A DNA stretch of 64,000 nt. Origin: a virus (lineage: Duplodnaviria; Caudoviricetes). The translations under genes and the position numbers were made by a program. The stretch's first letter is position 1, and each line of letters begins with the position of its first letter. The stretch covers positions 13-64,012 of the IMG/VR virus record IMGVR_UViG_3300020045_003166; one strand, 5' to 3'. Below are positions 25,778-36,579 of this stretch, one piece after another. Below the pieces are notes generated by a model. It ran no database searches. It was not told the origin of the DNA and was given only the letters and a program-made list of their open reading frames with translations.

Positions 25778-26877
25778 TATTTTGCTCCCTTACTCTTCAT
25801 GTACTCAAGTGGTGATTTAGCCTTAGGAGGAATCTTGTTCTTGGGAGCCGCCCGCTTGTGGGTACGCACTTTCTCGCGCATATGATCAAGAGCCGCCGCA
25901 CCTGCTTCATTGTTACCGTCACCTAGTGCCGAGACGACGTCCGAATCGATAACGTACTCACCGTCTGACACCTTAGCATCGATAGTGTCCGCTTGACCCG
26001 ACGCGCCCCCTCTAACGTACCCGAGAGCGCCGCCCTCGCAGAAGCCGAGGAAGTTCTTCTTGGGTTTCTGTAACTTCTTCATCGCTTCCGCTAGAGCCTG
26101 GGCTTCGAGCCTCGCCGTTTCTGCTGCGTAAGCGTCTGCTTCCGAACCCATTGAGCGCCGGGAAGAGGTTTCGGGCACAGGTGTCGAAGAGTCTTCCGCC
26201 TCACGCATGAGTTTCTCTACGTCGCGCCCCTGGGCGTACTTGCGTATATTGGCCAAACCCCCCTCTGCAAAATAGGAAGGGATGCGATTGTTGGTGAAGA
26301 ATTCTGATTCACCGCGACGAACCGTTGGTGCAGCTGAAGTACGTTGATTGGCCAGCCGCAACGGAGCACTGTACATTTCAGCCTGAGCCTGTCTTGCAGC
26401 AAGGGCTTCAGCTTGTTTCCGTTGAGCTTCTTTCAGCAGCTTATTCTGCTTCATCGCACCTAAAGCCGAGATACCCGCACCGCCAAGTCCTGCCGCGAGT
26501 TTGCCTCCGGGAGACTCAAAGAACTTGCCTGCCGACTGCAACTGACTATTCAGTGAATCGAGCCATCCGCCGTTTTCAGCGGTCGGAACCGAGGTATAGC
26601 TACTTGGGTTACCGATACCAAGACCTTCGTACCCACCTTGATCGAACATTGACGTATTCAAGTAGCTCGGTAATTCGTCGTAGGCGGAGGCTGGGTTCCA
26701 GCTACTTATGGCGCCAGAAATAGAAGGCATCCAATCATTCACTGAACTCGCTAGTGAAGAGATGTCGCTATACGCGGACGCCGGATTCCAGTTACTTGCC
26801 GAGTCCGACACGTTTTCCCACAAATCGACAGGGTCGTAATCAAAGTTCATCCCAGACAAATCGAAATCATCAAACAT
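25777..26877 (-). CDS. Putative internal virion protein with AEGG motifs and a GQADTIDAKVSDGEYVI domain
   Basis: YFAEGG, FCEGG; D-x-I-x-A-x-x-SDGEYV motif resembling tape-measure C-termini. Confidence 0.65.
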   Translation of the reverse strand: MFDDFDLSGMNFDYDPVDLWENVSDSASNWNPASAYSDISSLASSVNDWMPSISGAISSWNPASAYDELPSYLNTSMFDQGGYEGLGIGNPSSYTSVPTAENGGWLDSLNSQLQSAGKFFESPGGKLAAGLGGAGISALGAMKQNKLLKEAQRKQAEALAARQAQAEMYSAPLRLANQRTSAAPTVRRGESEFFTNNRIPSYFAEGGLANIRKYAQGRDVEKLMREAEDSSTPVPETSSRRSMGSEADAYAAETARLEAQALAEAMKKLQKPKKNFLGFCEGGALGYVRGGASGQADTIDAKVSDGEYVIDSDVVSALGDGNNEAGAAALDHMREKVRTHKRAAPKNKIPPKAKSPLEYMKSKGAK

Positions 26878-26887
26878 TATATACTCC

Positions 26888-28465
26888 TTAGGACCTGTTG
26901 TCGCCGGGTTCGGTATGAATTATAACCTTTCCAGCCTCATAAAACCCGTTCAACACGTTACTTTCAAATTTTAATAGTATGTGTCGACGCTGTTCTCTCA
27001 TATCTACCTTGCCGGTGGTCGGCGTAAACGTATACGACGTTATAGGTTCCATAGGAGCTTGTGCAAATTCATATCCGATAACGGATACGGTCATATCTCC
27101 AGCCTGAATGAAATCCGGCTCTACTCGAGTGAGTCTTGTCCACTTGCTAATACCCTGCTGACTGTCACCAACACCGCCCGTAGGATAGCCGAAATTCTGA
27201 GTGGTGTAATAGCTTTGAATCGCTAATTCATTATCACCTATGACCGCGTTATACCCAAACTCATGTTGATATAGGCCATACTTACCGGATAGCTCGGCTT
27301 CAGACCCCGCCCAGATCGGATACTGGATTACCTGAGAGTAAAAACCCGCCGAGCGCGACATTGAATTGTCATACCATGTCTTCAGCCGGAGATTGAATAC
27401 GATCGTGGCGTTACATTCCGTAGAATCCCCACGCGGGTAGTGCCAGATGATTTCACCAAAGCGAGGTATCTTCGTGACCCATATCTTCTGGCGCTGGGAA
27501 TAATTCAAGTTGTCAAAGAACCAGTTCTGATTCAAGTCATTTTGTAGCTCTTTTACCGAGCTGTCAAAGTATAGGAACCGGTCGACGCCAATCCAGAAAT
27601 AGATACCGTCATATTCAATGACGCCGTTCTGAGCTAGAATGCTGGATTGAGTAGAAAGCGTTGAGAAGCGAAAAACCGCCTGACCGCCGACGTAATCCAT
27701 ACGAATGACGGAATCTAGTGACCAGAGGATAGCGGCCACCTGTCCAGCCCGCAGAGGGAGACCAGCGACAATTTTAGCTCCAGTTACTCGGTCCGCACCC
27801 GCATCGCCAGGGATAGCACTCGTGCTCCAAACTTGCGGTTGATTAGCGTCTGACCACGCGACCAGGCCGTCTGAACCGTACAAAATCGTATACGGAGCTA
27901 CTAAAAGCACTCCCCCCGAAACGGCGGGAGCGTCCGTAATCATAGCGAACACCGACAAGGCTGAATTAGCAAGCGCCCAGTAAGGCTTGGTCGCACGGTC
28001 GTCGTCAATGTTACGTAATGATTGATTACAGTGCGCGACGACGATCGTACCGGCTGTACCTACGGCTTCATCATACTGGGTATCGGCGGTCCAGAGGTTG
28101 TCATCATTTGATACGAAGCCTACCGGCGTACGATCATGAATGTCATTACCGACGACATTTGAATCGACGAGGAGGGTCTCGATCTTAGACTTAGAAAAAC
28201 ATAGACACGTGTTCAGGTCCTTACGTGACCAGAGAAGAAACTTACGTATCGGACCTGAGAGTTGGTCAGTTACTCGACGATACCCGCCCATCTTTTTCGC
28301 CTTGCCGCGCTGAAACCTAACCCATTGACCGTCTGAGCAATACTCACCTTCCAAAAGGGTGCCGTCTCGCTTTATACCCGGCTGCGGGGTAAGCGTGAAG
28401 ACCATCTCATCGGCGTTTTGATTATCGGCCATATTAAGTCCCGGAGACGTGTTCGTACCATTCAA
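26888..28465 (-). CDS. Tail tubular / stabilisation protein (P22 gp10 or T7 gp12-like)
   Basis: PGIKRDGT...DGQWVRFQRG..KKMGG; beta-propeller-like composition; position. Confidence 0.7.
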   Translation of the reverse strand: MNGTNTSPGLNMADNQNADEMVFTLTPQPGIKRDGTLLEGEYCSDGQWVRFQRGKAKKMGGYRRVTDQLSGPIRKFLLWSRKDLNTCLCFSKSKIETLLVDSNVVGNDIHDRTPVGFVSNDDNLWTADTQYDEAVGTAGTIVVAHCNQSLRNIDDDRATKPYWALANSALSVFAMITDAPAVSGGVLLVAPYTILYGSDGLVAWSDANQPQVWSTSAIPGDAGADRVTGAKIVAGLPLRAGQVAAILWSLDSVIRMDYVGGQAVFRFSTLSTQSSILAQNGVIEYDGIYFWIGVDRFLYFDSSVKELQNDLNQNWFFDNLNYSQRQKIWVTKIPRFGEIIWHYPRGDSTECNATIVFNLRLKTWYDNSMSRSAGFYSQVIQYPIWAGSEAELSGKYGLYQHEFGYNAVIGDNELAIQSYYTTQNFGYPTGGVGDSQQGISKWTRLTRVEPDFIQAGDMTVSVIGYEFAQAPMEPITSYTFTPTTGKVDMREQRRHILLKFESNVLNGFYEAGKVIIHTEPGDNRS

Positions 28466-28961
28466 GGTACAGATTACATAGGTTTCCCGCCGTACCTGAA
28501 GTAATACGGATGAGGTACTTAGTGTTTTGCTTCAGCACCCACTCGGAATCGTGACTCACGTTTGATGAACCTTTAGATTGGTTTGTCGAAGTACCTGAAG
28601 CATATGAACTTATTAGTGTACCATCAGTAGTTCCCCCGCTCGTACCTTTGTGAATCGTAGCCGTGGAAGGGTTAGCCGAGTTACGGTTAGCGTTGTAATA
28701 GGTCTGTAGTGTCGTGCCTGTGCGGTCAGAAGCCTCGTATACGAAAAACGAAGTCACCGCAACTCCATCAATACTGAGTATCAGGTGCATACTCTTGCCG
28801 GATACAGGTGTAGTGATTAAATAGTCCTGAGAGGCTCCGCTACCGAGCGTTACCGGATTAGAGTATCGAAACGTCTCGCCATTGTGAATAAAAGCGTGTG
28901 GAGCCTCTATAAACTTTACACTTTTGGAAAAGGTTTCAACGGGTAACGGGACATAGCTCAT
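28434..28961 (-). CDS. Hypothetical structural protein
   Basis: Beta-rich; EWVLKQNTKYLIRIT. Confidence 0.65.
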   Translation of the reverse strand: MSYVPLPVETFSKSVKFIEAPHAFIHNGETFRYSNPVTLGSGASQDYLITTPVSGKSMHLILSIDGVAVTSFFVYEASDRTGTTLQTYYNANRNSANPSTATIHKGTSGGTTDGTLISSYASGTSTNQSKGSSNVSHDSEWVLKQNTKYLIRITSGTAGNLCNLYLEWYEHVSGT

Positions 28962-29341
28962 ATTAGTACCCAGCCTCCGAGAATAGCTTTGAATCGCAGC
29001 GATGTTCCAAGAACGTCCATTTCCACTAAAGTCTCACCATAAATCAAATCGGTACCCGAGAGCTGTACGTATAACTTGAATGGTGAGGCCACTTTAATGA
29101 TTTCAATATCACGCCCGTTACCCGTAAGCGGTAGGGTTATCGTGATGTCTTTAAGCGTAGTGTCTACGGCAATAATATCCTGATTGAGGGTGACCGTAAA
29201 GTCATCGGTCACTTTGAAGACCTGTGATATTCCTTGTAAGGATAGAACTGAGGTGTGGTCCAATATTCGATCAGACGAATGCCAGTGATCAAAACAATCG
29301 CCCGCTGACGTCAAAGAAGATTCTTGCGCTGAAGTTAGCAT
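28958..29341 (-). CDS. Hypothetical structural protein
   Basis: DIIAVDTT...TITLP motif of tail accessory domains. Confidence 0.6.
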   Translation of the reverse strand: MLTSAQESSLTSAGDCFDHWHSSDRILDHTSVLSLQGISQVFKVTDDFTVTLNQDIIAVDTTLKDITITLPLTGNGRDIEIIKVASPFKLYVQLSGTDLIYGETLVEMDVLGTSLRFKAILGGWVLI

Positions 29342-30279
29342 TAGCGTGCTCGACTTAAAGGTCCGAGAGAAACATATCCACCTTCACACCAATTACTTCC
29401 ACTACTACCGTCACTGTCATCGCTTCCACTGTAACCGCTATCACCGCTCCAACCCCCATTATCCTGAGATTGAGATTCGCTTGGAGTACCGCCTTGGATT
29501 TCACCGAGCGATGACTGGAAGTTATTACTAAGAGCACCTTGTAGCCCTTGACCAAATGAATTAGCGTTCAATCCTGAACCTAAAGTATCCGCTCCGGCAT
29601 TTTCAGCGCCGACGCCGATGGATCCGGGTGTCTCTCCCCCATAATTATATCCGCCGAAAGTGCCTGAATCTATTCCAGAACCTATACCCTGATGCCCCCA
29701 GAAACCGCCTTCAAACCCTGGAGTAAGATCTGGGTACATACCCGCCATTTCCCCAAACCCTTGTGCCGCGTTGAGACCTAGCATTGAGGCTAAGCCGTAA
29801 GCCATACCTAACGGAGGACTAATAGCTCCCGCTATTTTACCAAACGCCATGTTAGCGAGACTTTCTGCGTTGATGCCCTTACCCGCCTTTTGCCCGACAA
29901 CCGAACCGAGCGTTCCCGCAACCGCGCCAGGGATACCTGTGTAATTGAGTCCGATGCTCGTAGCTGCGCCCAATCCACTACTTACCAGGCCTGGTAATCC
30001 AAATCCCTCGGTAAAGGTTATCTCATTTTCGGAAGGGGTAAGCTCTGATTGATAATTTGGATTATAACTGGAGGATGAATCAGAACCTAGAATGTCCGCA
30101 CTCGAGGCGTCTGCTAAGGCTTTCGCTTTAGCCGTCTCCTGAGCAATTTGATTTAAGGGGTTGGTTGAGGGGTTGGAGTTGTTGGAGTTAGCCCACGCAT
30201 TATACAACTGAGACGTAGAGGCTATAGGAGATGCCAAGCCGCTCCAATACGGTAACCCCCAGCTATATTGAACGGTCAT
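29341..30279 (-). CDS. Gly/Ser-rich protein ending in WCEGGYV
   Basis: GGAGA RBS; low-complexity; hydrophobic Gly-Ala segments. Confidence 0.65.
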   Translation of the reverse strand: MTVQYSWGLPYWSGLASPIASTSQLYNAWANSNNSNPSTNPLNQIAQETAKAKALADASSADILGSDSSSSYNPNYQSELTPSENEITFTEGFGLPGLVSSGLGAATSIGLNYTGIPGAVAGTLGSVVGQKAGKGINAESLANMAFGKIAGAISPPLGMAYGLASMLGLNAAQGFGEMAGMYPDLTPGFEGGFWGHQGIGSGIDSGTFGGYNYGGETPGSIGVGAENAGADTLGSGLNANSFGQGLQGALSNNFQSSLGEIQGGTPSESQSQDNGGWSGDSGYSGSDDSDGSSGSNWCEGGYVSLGPLSRAR

Positions 30280-30344
30280 GAAGATCTCCTAACTTACTGA
30301 TTTCAAGATATTATAGCGCATTACCCTGATTAATTAAACTTATA

Positions 30345-30893
30345 TTACGTTTCCGAAATACCCATGAATGGGCTTGGCGAGAACGTGAGTTGGGGCTTGC
30401 CATTGCGGAGGTCTCCCCAGAGTTTCCATCCGAGGTTAATCCGCAGGCAACGCATCGAGGAACCCCAACGCCTGACATAGTACCACTGGAAGTAGACGGG
30501 TTCCCCATCGCGCAGGATGACCCGTTCTACCAAGCCATTGTGAATCGGACGGTTGGAGGTTTGTTCATCACCTGTTACCACTAACGTGTCGGAAGCCAGG
30601 ATCGTAGCCCCCAAGACTTCGATGGCAAAGCCATACATCGAGTTACGATACAGCCAGCAGAACCGATTAATCCAACGTTGGAATTTGGTATCCTGCACCT
30701 TGTAGGGTCTGTGTTCAGTCTTCCAGCCGTCATCACCATCAAGCGAGTTGTCAGGTGTCTGGAACCACCAGAGCCACTTGGGTAACCACCCATCCTCAGA
30801 TGCGAAGAGAACAGCCAGCGGCGCTAGTGGATAATTAAGCAGCGAGGTCAGAAGACTGACAAGCGTAATGGCAACATACTTGGCGTACATCAC
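30345..30893 (-). CDS. Phage protein with N-terminal hydrophobic segment
   Basis: [19 protein letters not shown]...WLYRN...INLGWKL. Confidence 0.7.
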   Translation of the reverse strand: MMYAKYVAITLVSLLTSLLNYPLAPLAVLFASEDGWLPKWLWWFQTPDNSLDGDDGWKTEHRPYKVQDTKFQRWINRFCWLYRNSMYGFAIEVLGATILASDTLVVTGDEQTSNRPIHNGLVERVILRDGEPVYFQWYYVRRWGSSMRCLRINLGWKLWGDLRNGKPQLTFSPSPFMGISET

Positions 30894-31288
30894 TCAACCC
30901 CCTTCGCGTAGAAGAACATCGTATCAACCTGTGCATCCGTAAGCCCAAACCGTGTTGCCATTGCCAGCACCATTGTCCCCTGACGTTCGAATGCTCCGGT
31001 TGCCCATGCAAGCTTCGCTGCTCTCGGAGTATCAGGCAAGTTAATATAGGCTTCCACTTCCTCATACATCTGGAAGGCATCGAGAGTCACCTTGCCTTGG
31101 TAGTTGGTCACTGTCTGTGGGACAGGAATAACTACTGGATCAGCAGGTTCAGAGGTATTCCCTTTAGAAAGCCAAGCGAGATATTCACGATAGTCTGAGT
31201 TGCCTTCATCGTTTGGGATGCAAGCAGAATCAGAAAGACGAAGGATGGAGGTTGTGTTAGTTAGCTTGTACATTTTATAGCTCCGCAA
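30890..31288 (-). CDS. Tail-fibre-associated protein
   Basis: [25 protein letters not shown]; [11 protein letters not shown]. Confidence 0.7.
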   Translation of the reverse strand: MRSYKMYKLTNTTSILRLSDSACIPNDEGNSDYREYLAWLSKGNTSEPADPVVIPVPQTVTNYQGKVTLDAFQMYEEVEAYINLPDTPRAAKLAWATGAFERQGTMVLAMATRFGLTDAQVDTMFFYAKGVE

Positions 31289-33593
31289 TCAATAACGCAG
31301 TAGTTGGAGGCACAATGAAAGCAGAAGCCCCTAAGGTCAGTCCCGCAGCCCCTGTAGCAGCAAAGTGTGCCATACCACTGCTGTTATTTATGGTTATAGA
31401 GCAACCAGTGCCAGTACCATTAGGTTGAAGCACATTAAACCCAGTAGTTGTACTAAGTGTTGGGAACACAAACATACTTGACACATCTAAATATCCACCG
31501 ACAGTTGATGTACTAAAACTCTGACCGGATATGTTTTTAAGTGGGCGCACGTGCCGCTGGCACAGCGCAAGTTCTAAACCAATAGGGGGGTTCACAAATG
31601 GAGTTGCTACTGTCCCTGACTCAAGCTGTATATCCCCGAAGAAGTATGATTTGGACGTAACAGAGTTTGCAGCCGAATCAATGAGGATCAGCATTAACCC
31701 ATTCGCCACATCTGCCTGTGAAAGCACAGGGTATGTGCAAGACAGCTTAGTTATTACCGCGTCTGGAACAACCCCGAGCGTCATGCTGCTAATGAGTGTG
31801 ACGCCTGTAAAATTGTCAATTGTATTGGCTTTGTATAGCTGCGCAACAAAGGTTCTTGCCCCACCGGTAAGCTGGTAAAGAGTTGCCGATAGAGTTAATG
31901 CCTTTCCTTGCAGATCAGTAGTGTTGGCGGCTTCAATACGCTGCGCTATGGAGACTTGTCCGTTTGTCCAAGTACCATTAATAACTTGGACAGAACCAGA
32001 GTTCCAAGTTGAGTTAAGAATCGTCCCTACCGTAGCTGTGATCCCTGTACCACTTTGAATTGCACTAAGCCATTGGTCTACGCCATAGACAAACGCGGAA
32101 CTCAAAGCTACTGAGCCGCCCCGCTGTTTAATCCGCATGCCCCCGTTAATCAACTTATTCCGACTCTCAAACGCGGAACCCATTGCGAGGGTTCCGGCAA
32201 TTGATCCGTTTCCGGTGAAGACAGGGTCAGCTTTAGGAGCTTTCTCGGTATCAAGCTCATTCAAGGCTGTTTGGACATTAGTCGCAGCAATACCTCCGGC
32301 TGGAGTGTTTACAATATTAGATGCGATTAAAGAAGTTAGAGCCGCTTTCTCAGTATCTAATTCATTTAGGGCGGCTTGAACATCAGTCGCTGCAATTCCA
32401 CCAGATGCTACGTTAGCAATATTGGATGCCGTTTTATTTACCCATACTGGCGCACCTGACCCGCCGGATACCATCAATTGCCCCGAAGTTCCAGGAGGAA
32501 CAAAAGCGGTCACATTAGGAGCCGACTGATATACTACCGAACCAGAAGCCCCTCCAGTTAGCGTTGTTGCAGGAGCGGAAGAAGTCTGAGCCAAAACGAC
32601 GTCGGTTCCGTCGCAGTAAATGATGGCTCGGTCAGTGTTGGCCAAGACCACGCTTGCTCCGGACGCCGTCTTGATAGTAAGCGAGTACGCTCCGCTATAA
32701 GAGCATTGAAGGTAATATACAGCCACTACGGCGGGAACGATCACTGTTATATTTGACGGAGCCGTGCCAATAAACTGCATCAGCTTATTTTGAGCCTGCA
32801 CGCTCGTAAGCGTGAATGGTGACCCTGTCGTAATATCCAACACCAACTTCGTGAATTGAAACTGGGTACTACGCCCATATCCGACGGTAACCCACTTAGT
32901 GCCGTTACATATTACGAAAGCGGATTCACCAGGAGCAATATCCTTTGTAGTAAGCTCGTCGATCAGCTCTGAACCTGATGGATTAATCGTGATCGATCCT
33001 GTTCCCTGATTCGACAACGAGAACATATAACCGTTGGTCGCGGAGGCTGCGGCTATTAGGTCCAGCGCTAGAGCACCCCCGTATGAAATTAGAGTCTTCG
33101 CTCGGTCAGTCAGCATTAAACTATACGTAGTCGCCGACAGACTGACCGCGTCATAATTCTGAGCCAGTTGCGAACTGATTACTTTCAGACCTGCACCAGC
33201 TAGAGCTGAGGCGTTCGCCGTCGTAGTGCCTGAGCCCAGACCTATAACCTCCCAGACCCCTTGAACAGTTGAGTTGTCGGTCAGGTAAACCGCACGGACT
33301 TCGCCCGTAGCTAGAGTACCGATCTGCGTGCCGAGGCTGTCTTTCAGCGTGATAGTAAATAGGCTGAGGTTGTTAAACGTGATCATTCGCCCAACAGACA
33401 CTTCCATCGCCGATGGGAAGGTGATCTCGAACGCACCTGTAGCCTGAATGTCAAGAATATCATACAACAGGTAAGTTCCTGAACTTGTCTCCGGCCAGTA
33501 AAACTGTTGATTAGAACTTAGTGTGATTTCCGCGTACGAGCTTTCCGAGGAAGGGATTGCCTGACTGCCGAAAACTTCGGTATAAGTCGTCAT
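31275..33593 (-). CDS. Tail fibre protein
   Basis: Beta-rich Thr/Gly/Ala composition; 2 x [17 protein letters not shown]; RNKLINGGM...[11 protein letters not shown]...ELALCQR C-terminal domain. Confidence 0.8.
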   Translation of the reverse strand: MTTYTEVFGSQAIPSSESSYAEITLSSNQQFYWPETSSGTYLLYDILDIQATGAFEITFPSAMEVSVGRMITFNNLSLFTITLKDSLGTQIGTLATGEVRAVYLTDNSTVQGVWEVIGLGSGTTTANASALAGAGLKVISSQLAQNYDAVSLSATTYSLMLTDRAKTLISYGGALALDLIAAASATNGYMFSLSNQGTGSITINPSGSELIDELTTKDIAPGESAFVICNGTKWVTVGYGRSTQFQFTKLVLDITTGSPFTLTSVQAQNKLMQFIGTAPSNITVIVPAVVAVYYLQCSYSGAYSLTIKTASGASVVLANTDRAIIYCDGTDVVLAQTSSAPATTLTGGASGSVVYQSAPNVTAFVPPGTSGQLMVSGGSGAPVWVNKTASNIANVASGGIAATDVQAALNELDTEKAALTSLIASNIVNTPAGGIAATNVQTALNELDTEKAPKADPVFTGNGSIAGTLAMGSAFESRNKLINGGMRIKQRGGSVALSSAFVYGVDQWLSAIQSGTGITATVGTILNSTWNSGSVQVINGTWTNGQVSIAQRIEAANTTDLQGKALTLSATLYQLTGGARTFVAQLYKANTIDNFTGVTLISSMTLGVVPDAVITKLSCTYPVLSQADVANGLMLILIDSAANSVTSKSYFFGDIQLESGTVATPFVNPPIGLELALCQRHVRPLKNISGQSFSTSTVGGYLDVSSMFVFPTLSTTTGFNVLQPNGTGTGCSITINNSSGMAHFAATGAAGLTLGASAFIVPPTTALLIAEL

Positions 33594-33596
33594 ACT

Positions 33597-34226
33597 TTAT
33601 TCTCCTGAACGGGACGTAGCGGCTCTGTCCCCACTGATTCGACGAGTTGTTTCCTGTGCAATACCCTGCAACGCTCGGTCATAAAGCGATTGGAATTCAG
33701 CGATACGCTCCGGGCGCTTCAGGAACGGCTGGGCTTCCAAGAGCGTGGCGTATAGCAAAAGCTGAGGTGCATACTGAGTAATCCAGTTAGTTTGATTGGA
33801 CGCAGATAGAGGCTCTGGTCGCTCGTAGTAGGCGATTTCGAATTCGTAATTCTGATCTGGCGTCGGTACGAAGAGGTAATGCTCGTATTCGTAATCTGCA
33901 TAATATCGCGGAACACCCTGGTCAGCGGCGTTAGGCCAAAACGCCCGGCAATAATCGTAAGTTCTCGGCTGCAAAAACGCCATAGAGCCACTTGCGTTTA
34001 TACTCAAACTAACGGTCTCGCGCCAACGGTTAGGCTTGGCTATTGTCGCGCCCGAAAGCGCCCCTTTTACGTATTTCTGCAGACCCAACCCTCGGACTTC
34101 CGACGCGAGGCGGTTCTCAGCCATCATGACGAAGCGAGGTATCTGCTCAATGAACGGGTTGTCATTACGCTCAGCGTAAAGGGCGACGTCAGTAAGTAGG
34201 GAATCATACGTAAGTGCCTCAGCCAT
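33597..34226 (-). CDS. Head-tail adaptor / tail tubular protein A-like
   Basis: TYDSLL...IPRFVMMAENRL...VPTPD..Y..EIAYY...LLLYATLLEA. Confidence 0.7.
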   Translation of the reverse strand: MAEALTYDSLLTDVALYAERNDNPFIEQIPRFVMMAENRLASEVRGLGLQKYVKGALSGATIAKPNRWRETVSLSINASGSMAFLQPRTYDYCRAFWPNAADQGVPRYYADYEYEHYLFVPTPDQNYEFEIAYYERPEPLSASNQTNWITQYAPQLLLYATLLEAQPFLKRPERIAEFQSLYDRALQGIAQETTRRISGDRAATSRSGE

Positions 34227-34227
34227 T

Positions 34228-34449
34228 TCATTCTACCTTCGTATCTGGTCTAGGATGTTGAAGCGTGATGTCTTCAGCCTTGCGAGCCGGTAAACGCCAT
34301 GGGTCGTAAATGTCTACGCATTCTCCGCAATACCAGTTCTGATTGTTTGGATCCTTGACCAACTGATCATAGTAAATCTTTTTCTGACAGCGGCCGCAAA
34401 TCGCGATAGCCGCTGTACCCTTGGCTCGGACTGGAAGATAGAGTCCCAT
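34228..34449 (-). CDS. Small zinc-binding structural-region protein
   Basis: AICGRC...CGECVD...DPWRLP. Confidence 0.7.
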   Translation of the reverse strand: MGLYLPVRAKGTAAIAICGRCQKKIYYDQLVKDPNNQNWYCGECVDIYDPWRLPARKAEDITLQHPRPDTKVE

Positions 34450-34451
34450 GA

Positions 34452-35435
34452 TTAGCGAGAGTACACACCAATTGAAGGGGTTAGGTAGATCGGAGCGCCG
34501 TCCGTCTCTCCCTGTTCTGCTTCAAACACTTGTTTATCAGCCATCTGTACGACCATTTGGGCCACCGTAGGATCCACTGTCGGGAGCTCAAAGCAGAGTC
34601 GAGCCGCCAAGAGCCAGATGATTCCATCAAGCCAACGCTGAGGAATTTCTAACTGTTGAATCAGACTGCCGACGTCCTGAGGCTGGCGATGAATGAATAG
34701 AGTGAGGTGGTTCGTCGCGATGTCGGGTATCGGCCACAGCGTTAGCGTAGGGGTCAGCTTCTTTTCAAAGAAGTAATTGATAGCAGGATGACCCTGCTGA
34801 GTCTTCGCGTTGATGGCTGAATAAGTGTCGCGGCTCCACTGAGTCATCGGGAGGTCGTAAAGCGAAGTGGCGACTACGACGTCGGTCACCGTCGGGAAGG
34901 GTAAGAAACCCTGAACCGTATAGTAACCCTTGTCTTCGATCACGGGGAGATCAAACCAATAGTACTGATTGGCGATGTAGGTATTAGAAGCGACGGACAG
35001 AATGGACGTGTAAGTTACGCCGTCCGAAGAGTTGCCAACCGTGAGAGCGCCGGTATAAGCGACGCCGAATTTCACTCCGACACGCAAGCCCTTAGCCGTA
35101 TCGATCAGAGACGCGACTCCACCGCCTACCGTAACTGAGAAGGCGGAACTTGCGAGTACGGGCTGAGTGTGAACGACATTCAGTACGTCAATAGTACCAG
35201 GAGGAGTAAGGTAAGTCGCTTTACCTTCTTGCAAGCCCAGCAAGACCTTATCCACACACCACAGATTCAATCCTCGATTGCCGAGGTTGAGCATCAGCAT
35301 GTAGAGACACTCTTTGGCAATCAGGACCGTTTCTGGAGTTTGGGCAGAGGGGAGAACACGCACCCGACGAAACGCATGCTCGAATAGAGCACTAGTATCT
35401 ATTACGGTTGAAGCGACGGTTCCGCTAGTGGTCAT
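34452..35435 (-). CDS. Head-closure / tail connector protein
   Basis: MTTSGT...L..ML..LGNRGLNLW...LWPIPD...EIPQRWL. Confidence 0.65.
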   Translation of the reverse strand: MTTSGTVASTVIDTSALFEHAFRRVRVLPSAQTPETVLIAKECLYMLMLNLGNRGLNLWCVDKVLLGLQEGKATYLTPPGTIDVLNVVHTQPVLASSAFSVTVGGGVASLIDTAKGLRVGVKFGVAYTGALTVGNSSDGVTYTSILSVASNTYIANQYYWFDLPVIEDKGYYTVQGFLPFPTVTDVVVATSLYDLPMTQWSRDTYSAINAKTQQGHPAINYFFEKKLTPTLTLWPIPDIATNHLTLFIHRQPQDVGSLIQQLEIPQRWLDGIIWLLAARLCFELPTVDPTVAQMVVQMADKQVFEAEQGETDGAPIYLTPSIGVYSR

Positions 35436-35444
35436 GCTAACCTC

Positions 35445-35720
35445 TTAGGTGTAAAGAACGATCACTGATCCAGCAGCCACGACTAGAAACAATCCATTTT
35501 TTGCAGCCACACCTACTGATCCGCCGACAATCGGTGCAACCGCACCTGCTGCGAGCGTTTGTGCGAACAAAATAGTGCCGCTCGTACTCGTGCCGTCGTA
35601 GATCGTCACGGCTCCGCCGGTGATCGTCGAAATAACACCAAATAGCCCGGAGGGACCTGTCTTAATCTGTACTCCAGCAGTTGCACCGCTGGGGAAATAA
35701 CCAATTTTTTCAGCAGCCAT
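35445..35720 (-). CDS. Small structural protein
   Basis: GGAGA RBS before ATG 35720; beta-rich. Confidence 0.65.
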   Translation of the reverse strand: MAAEKIGYFPSGATAGVQIKTGPSGLFGVISTITGGAVTIYDGTSTSGTILFAQTLAAGAVAPIVGGSVGVAAKNGLFLVVAAGSVIVLYT

Positions 35721-35742
35721 GAGTTTCTCCAAATAATAAGCA

Positions 35743-35758
35743 GAGGGGTTTCCCCCTC
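35743..35758 (-). terminator. GAAA-tetraloop hairpin (GAGGGG-GAAA-CCCCTC); weak terminator or processing site
   Basis: Perfect 6-bp stem after the stop of 35774-36502; only a partial U-tract. Confidence 0.4.
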
Positions 35759-35773
35759 CACCTATAGGACCGA

Positions 35774-36502
35774 CTAGACCTGGGTAACCCCGCACGCACC
35801 GATACGAGTAGCGTTCGGACCACACGCGATAGCCGGAAGAGCAATCGTAGCCACCAAACGGCGAGAACCGTTAGCTGCGGTCGCTAGAGTGATGTAACCC
35901 CGAACGTCAGTAGTTGATTGAGTAGCCGGAGACGTCACGTCACCCACCGTTACCGCCGCGAGGAGACCAACGGTCGCGTTGTAATTGAAAGTGATGTAAT
36001 CTTTCGTCGTGATGCGATACGGCAGACCGATCAGATCACTGAAACCGACCGTAATACCGTTGGTACCGGCAGTTGCATTGGCATTGGTAACGCTAGTCAC
36101 GGACTTGAACATCTTGGTAGACGTAACCGTGCTGGTCGTCGGAGCCGCAAGGGTTTGCGACATCGGCTGACCATAGATATCAAAACCGCTGATCTTGTAC
36201 GTGGCCGTATTGGCGCCAGCTGCGGTGATCGTAACCGAACGGGCGACGTCCAGGTTATAGATGTTGGTGCCGTCAGCCGCCACGGTAACCGTAACACCCG
36301 TACCTGCCGCCAGATTGAAACTCGCGCCCGAACCTGGATTCTGGGTCGTGGCGAGGCCCGCAGCTTGAAGCGTAACCGGCACGACGTCGTACACATAAAC
36401 TCGACCCATCGGACCGACGCCGAGTTCCATATTGCTCGGGCCGTCTACATTCACTTTGCCCGAATTTACCGGACCCAACATAATGTCATCAGAAACTTGC
36501 AT
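35774..36502 (-). CDS. Putative capsid decoration / structural protein
   Basis: Follows MCP terminator; Thr/Ala/Gly-rich. Confidence 0.65.
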   Translation of the reverse strand: MQVSDDIMLGPVNSGKVNVDGPSNMELGVGPMGRVYVYDVVPVTLQAAGLATTQNPGSGASFNLAAGTGVTVTVAADGTNIYNLDVARSVTITAAGANTATYKISGFDIYGQPMSQTLAAPTTSTVTSTKMFKSVTSVTNANATAGTNGITVGFSDLIGLPYRITTKDYITFNYNATVGLLAAVTVGDVTSPATQSTTDVRGYITLATAANGSRRLVATIALPAIACGPNATRIGACGVTQV

Positions 36503-36541
36503 TTGAATCTCCTCTGGGGCTTGAACCCCTCAAGGTAATAT

Positions 36542-36568
36542 AAAAACTCCCCAGCGAAGGCCGGGGAG
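36542..36568 (-). terminator. Rho-independent terminator after major capsid gene
   Basis: CTCCCCGGC-CTTC-GCTGGGGAG followed by TTTTT on the - strand. Confidence 0.8.
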
Positions 36569-36579
36569 TGGGTTTTGCA

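Noticed and set aside
31275-33593. Diversity-generating retroelement targeting the tail fibre
   Set aside because: No reverse transcriptase and no template/variable repeat pair were seen
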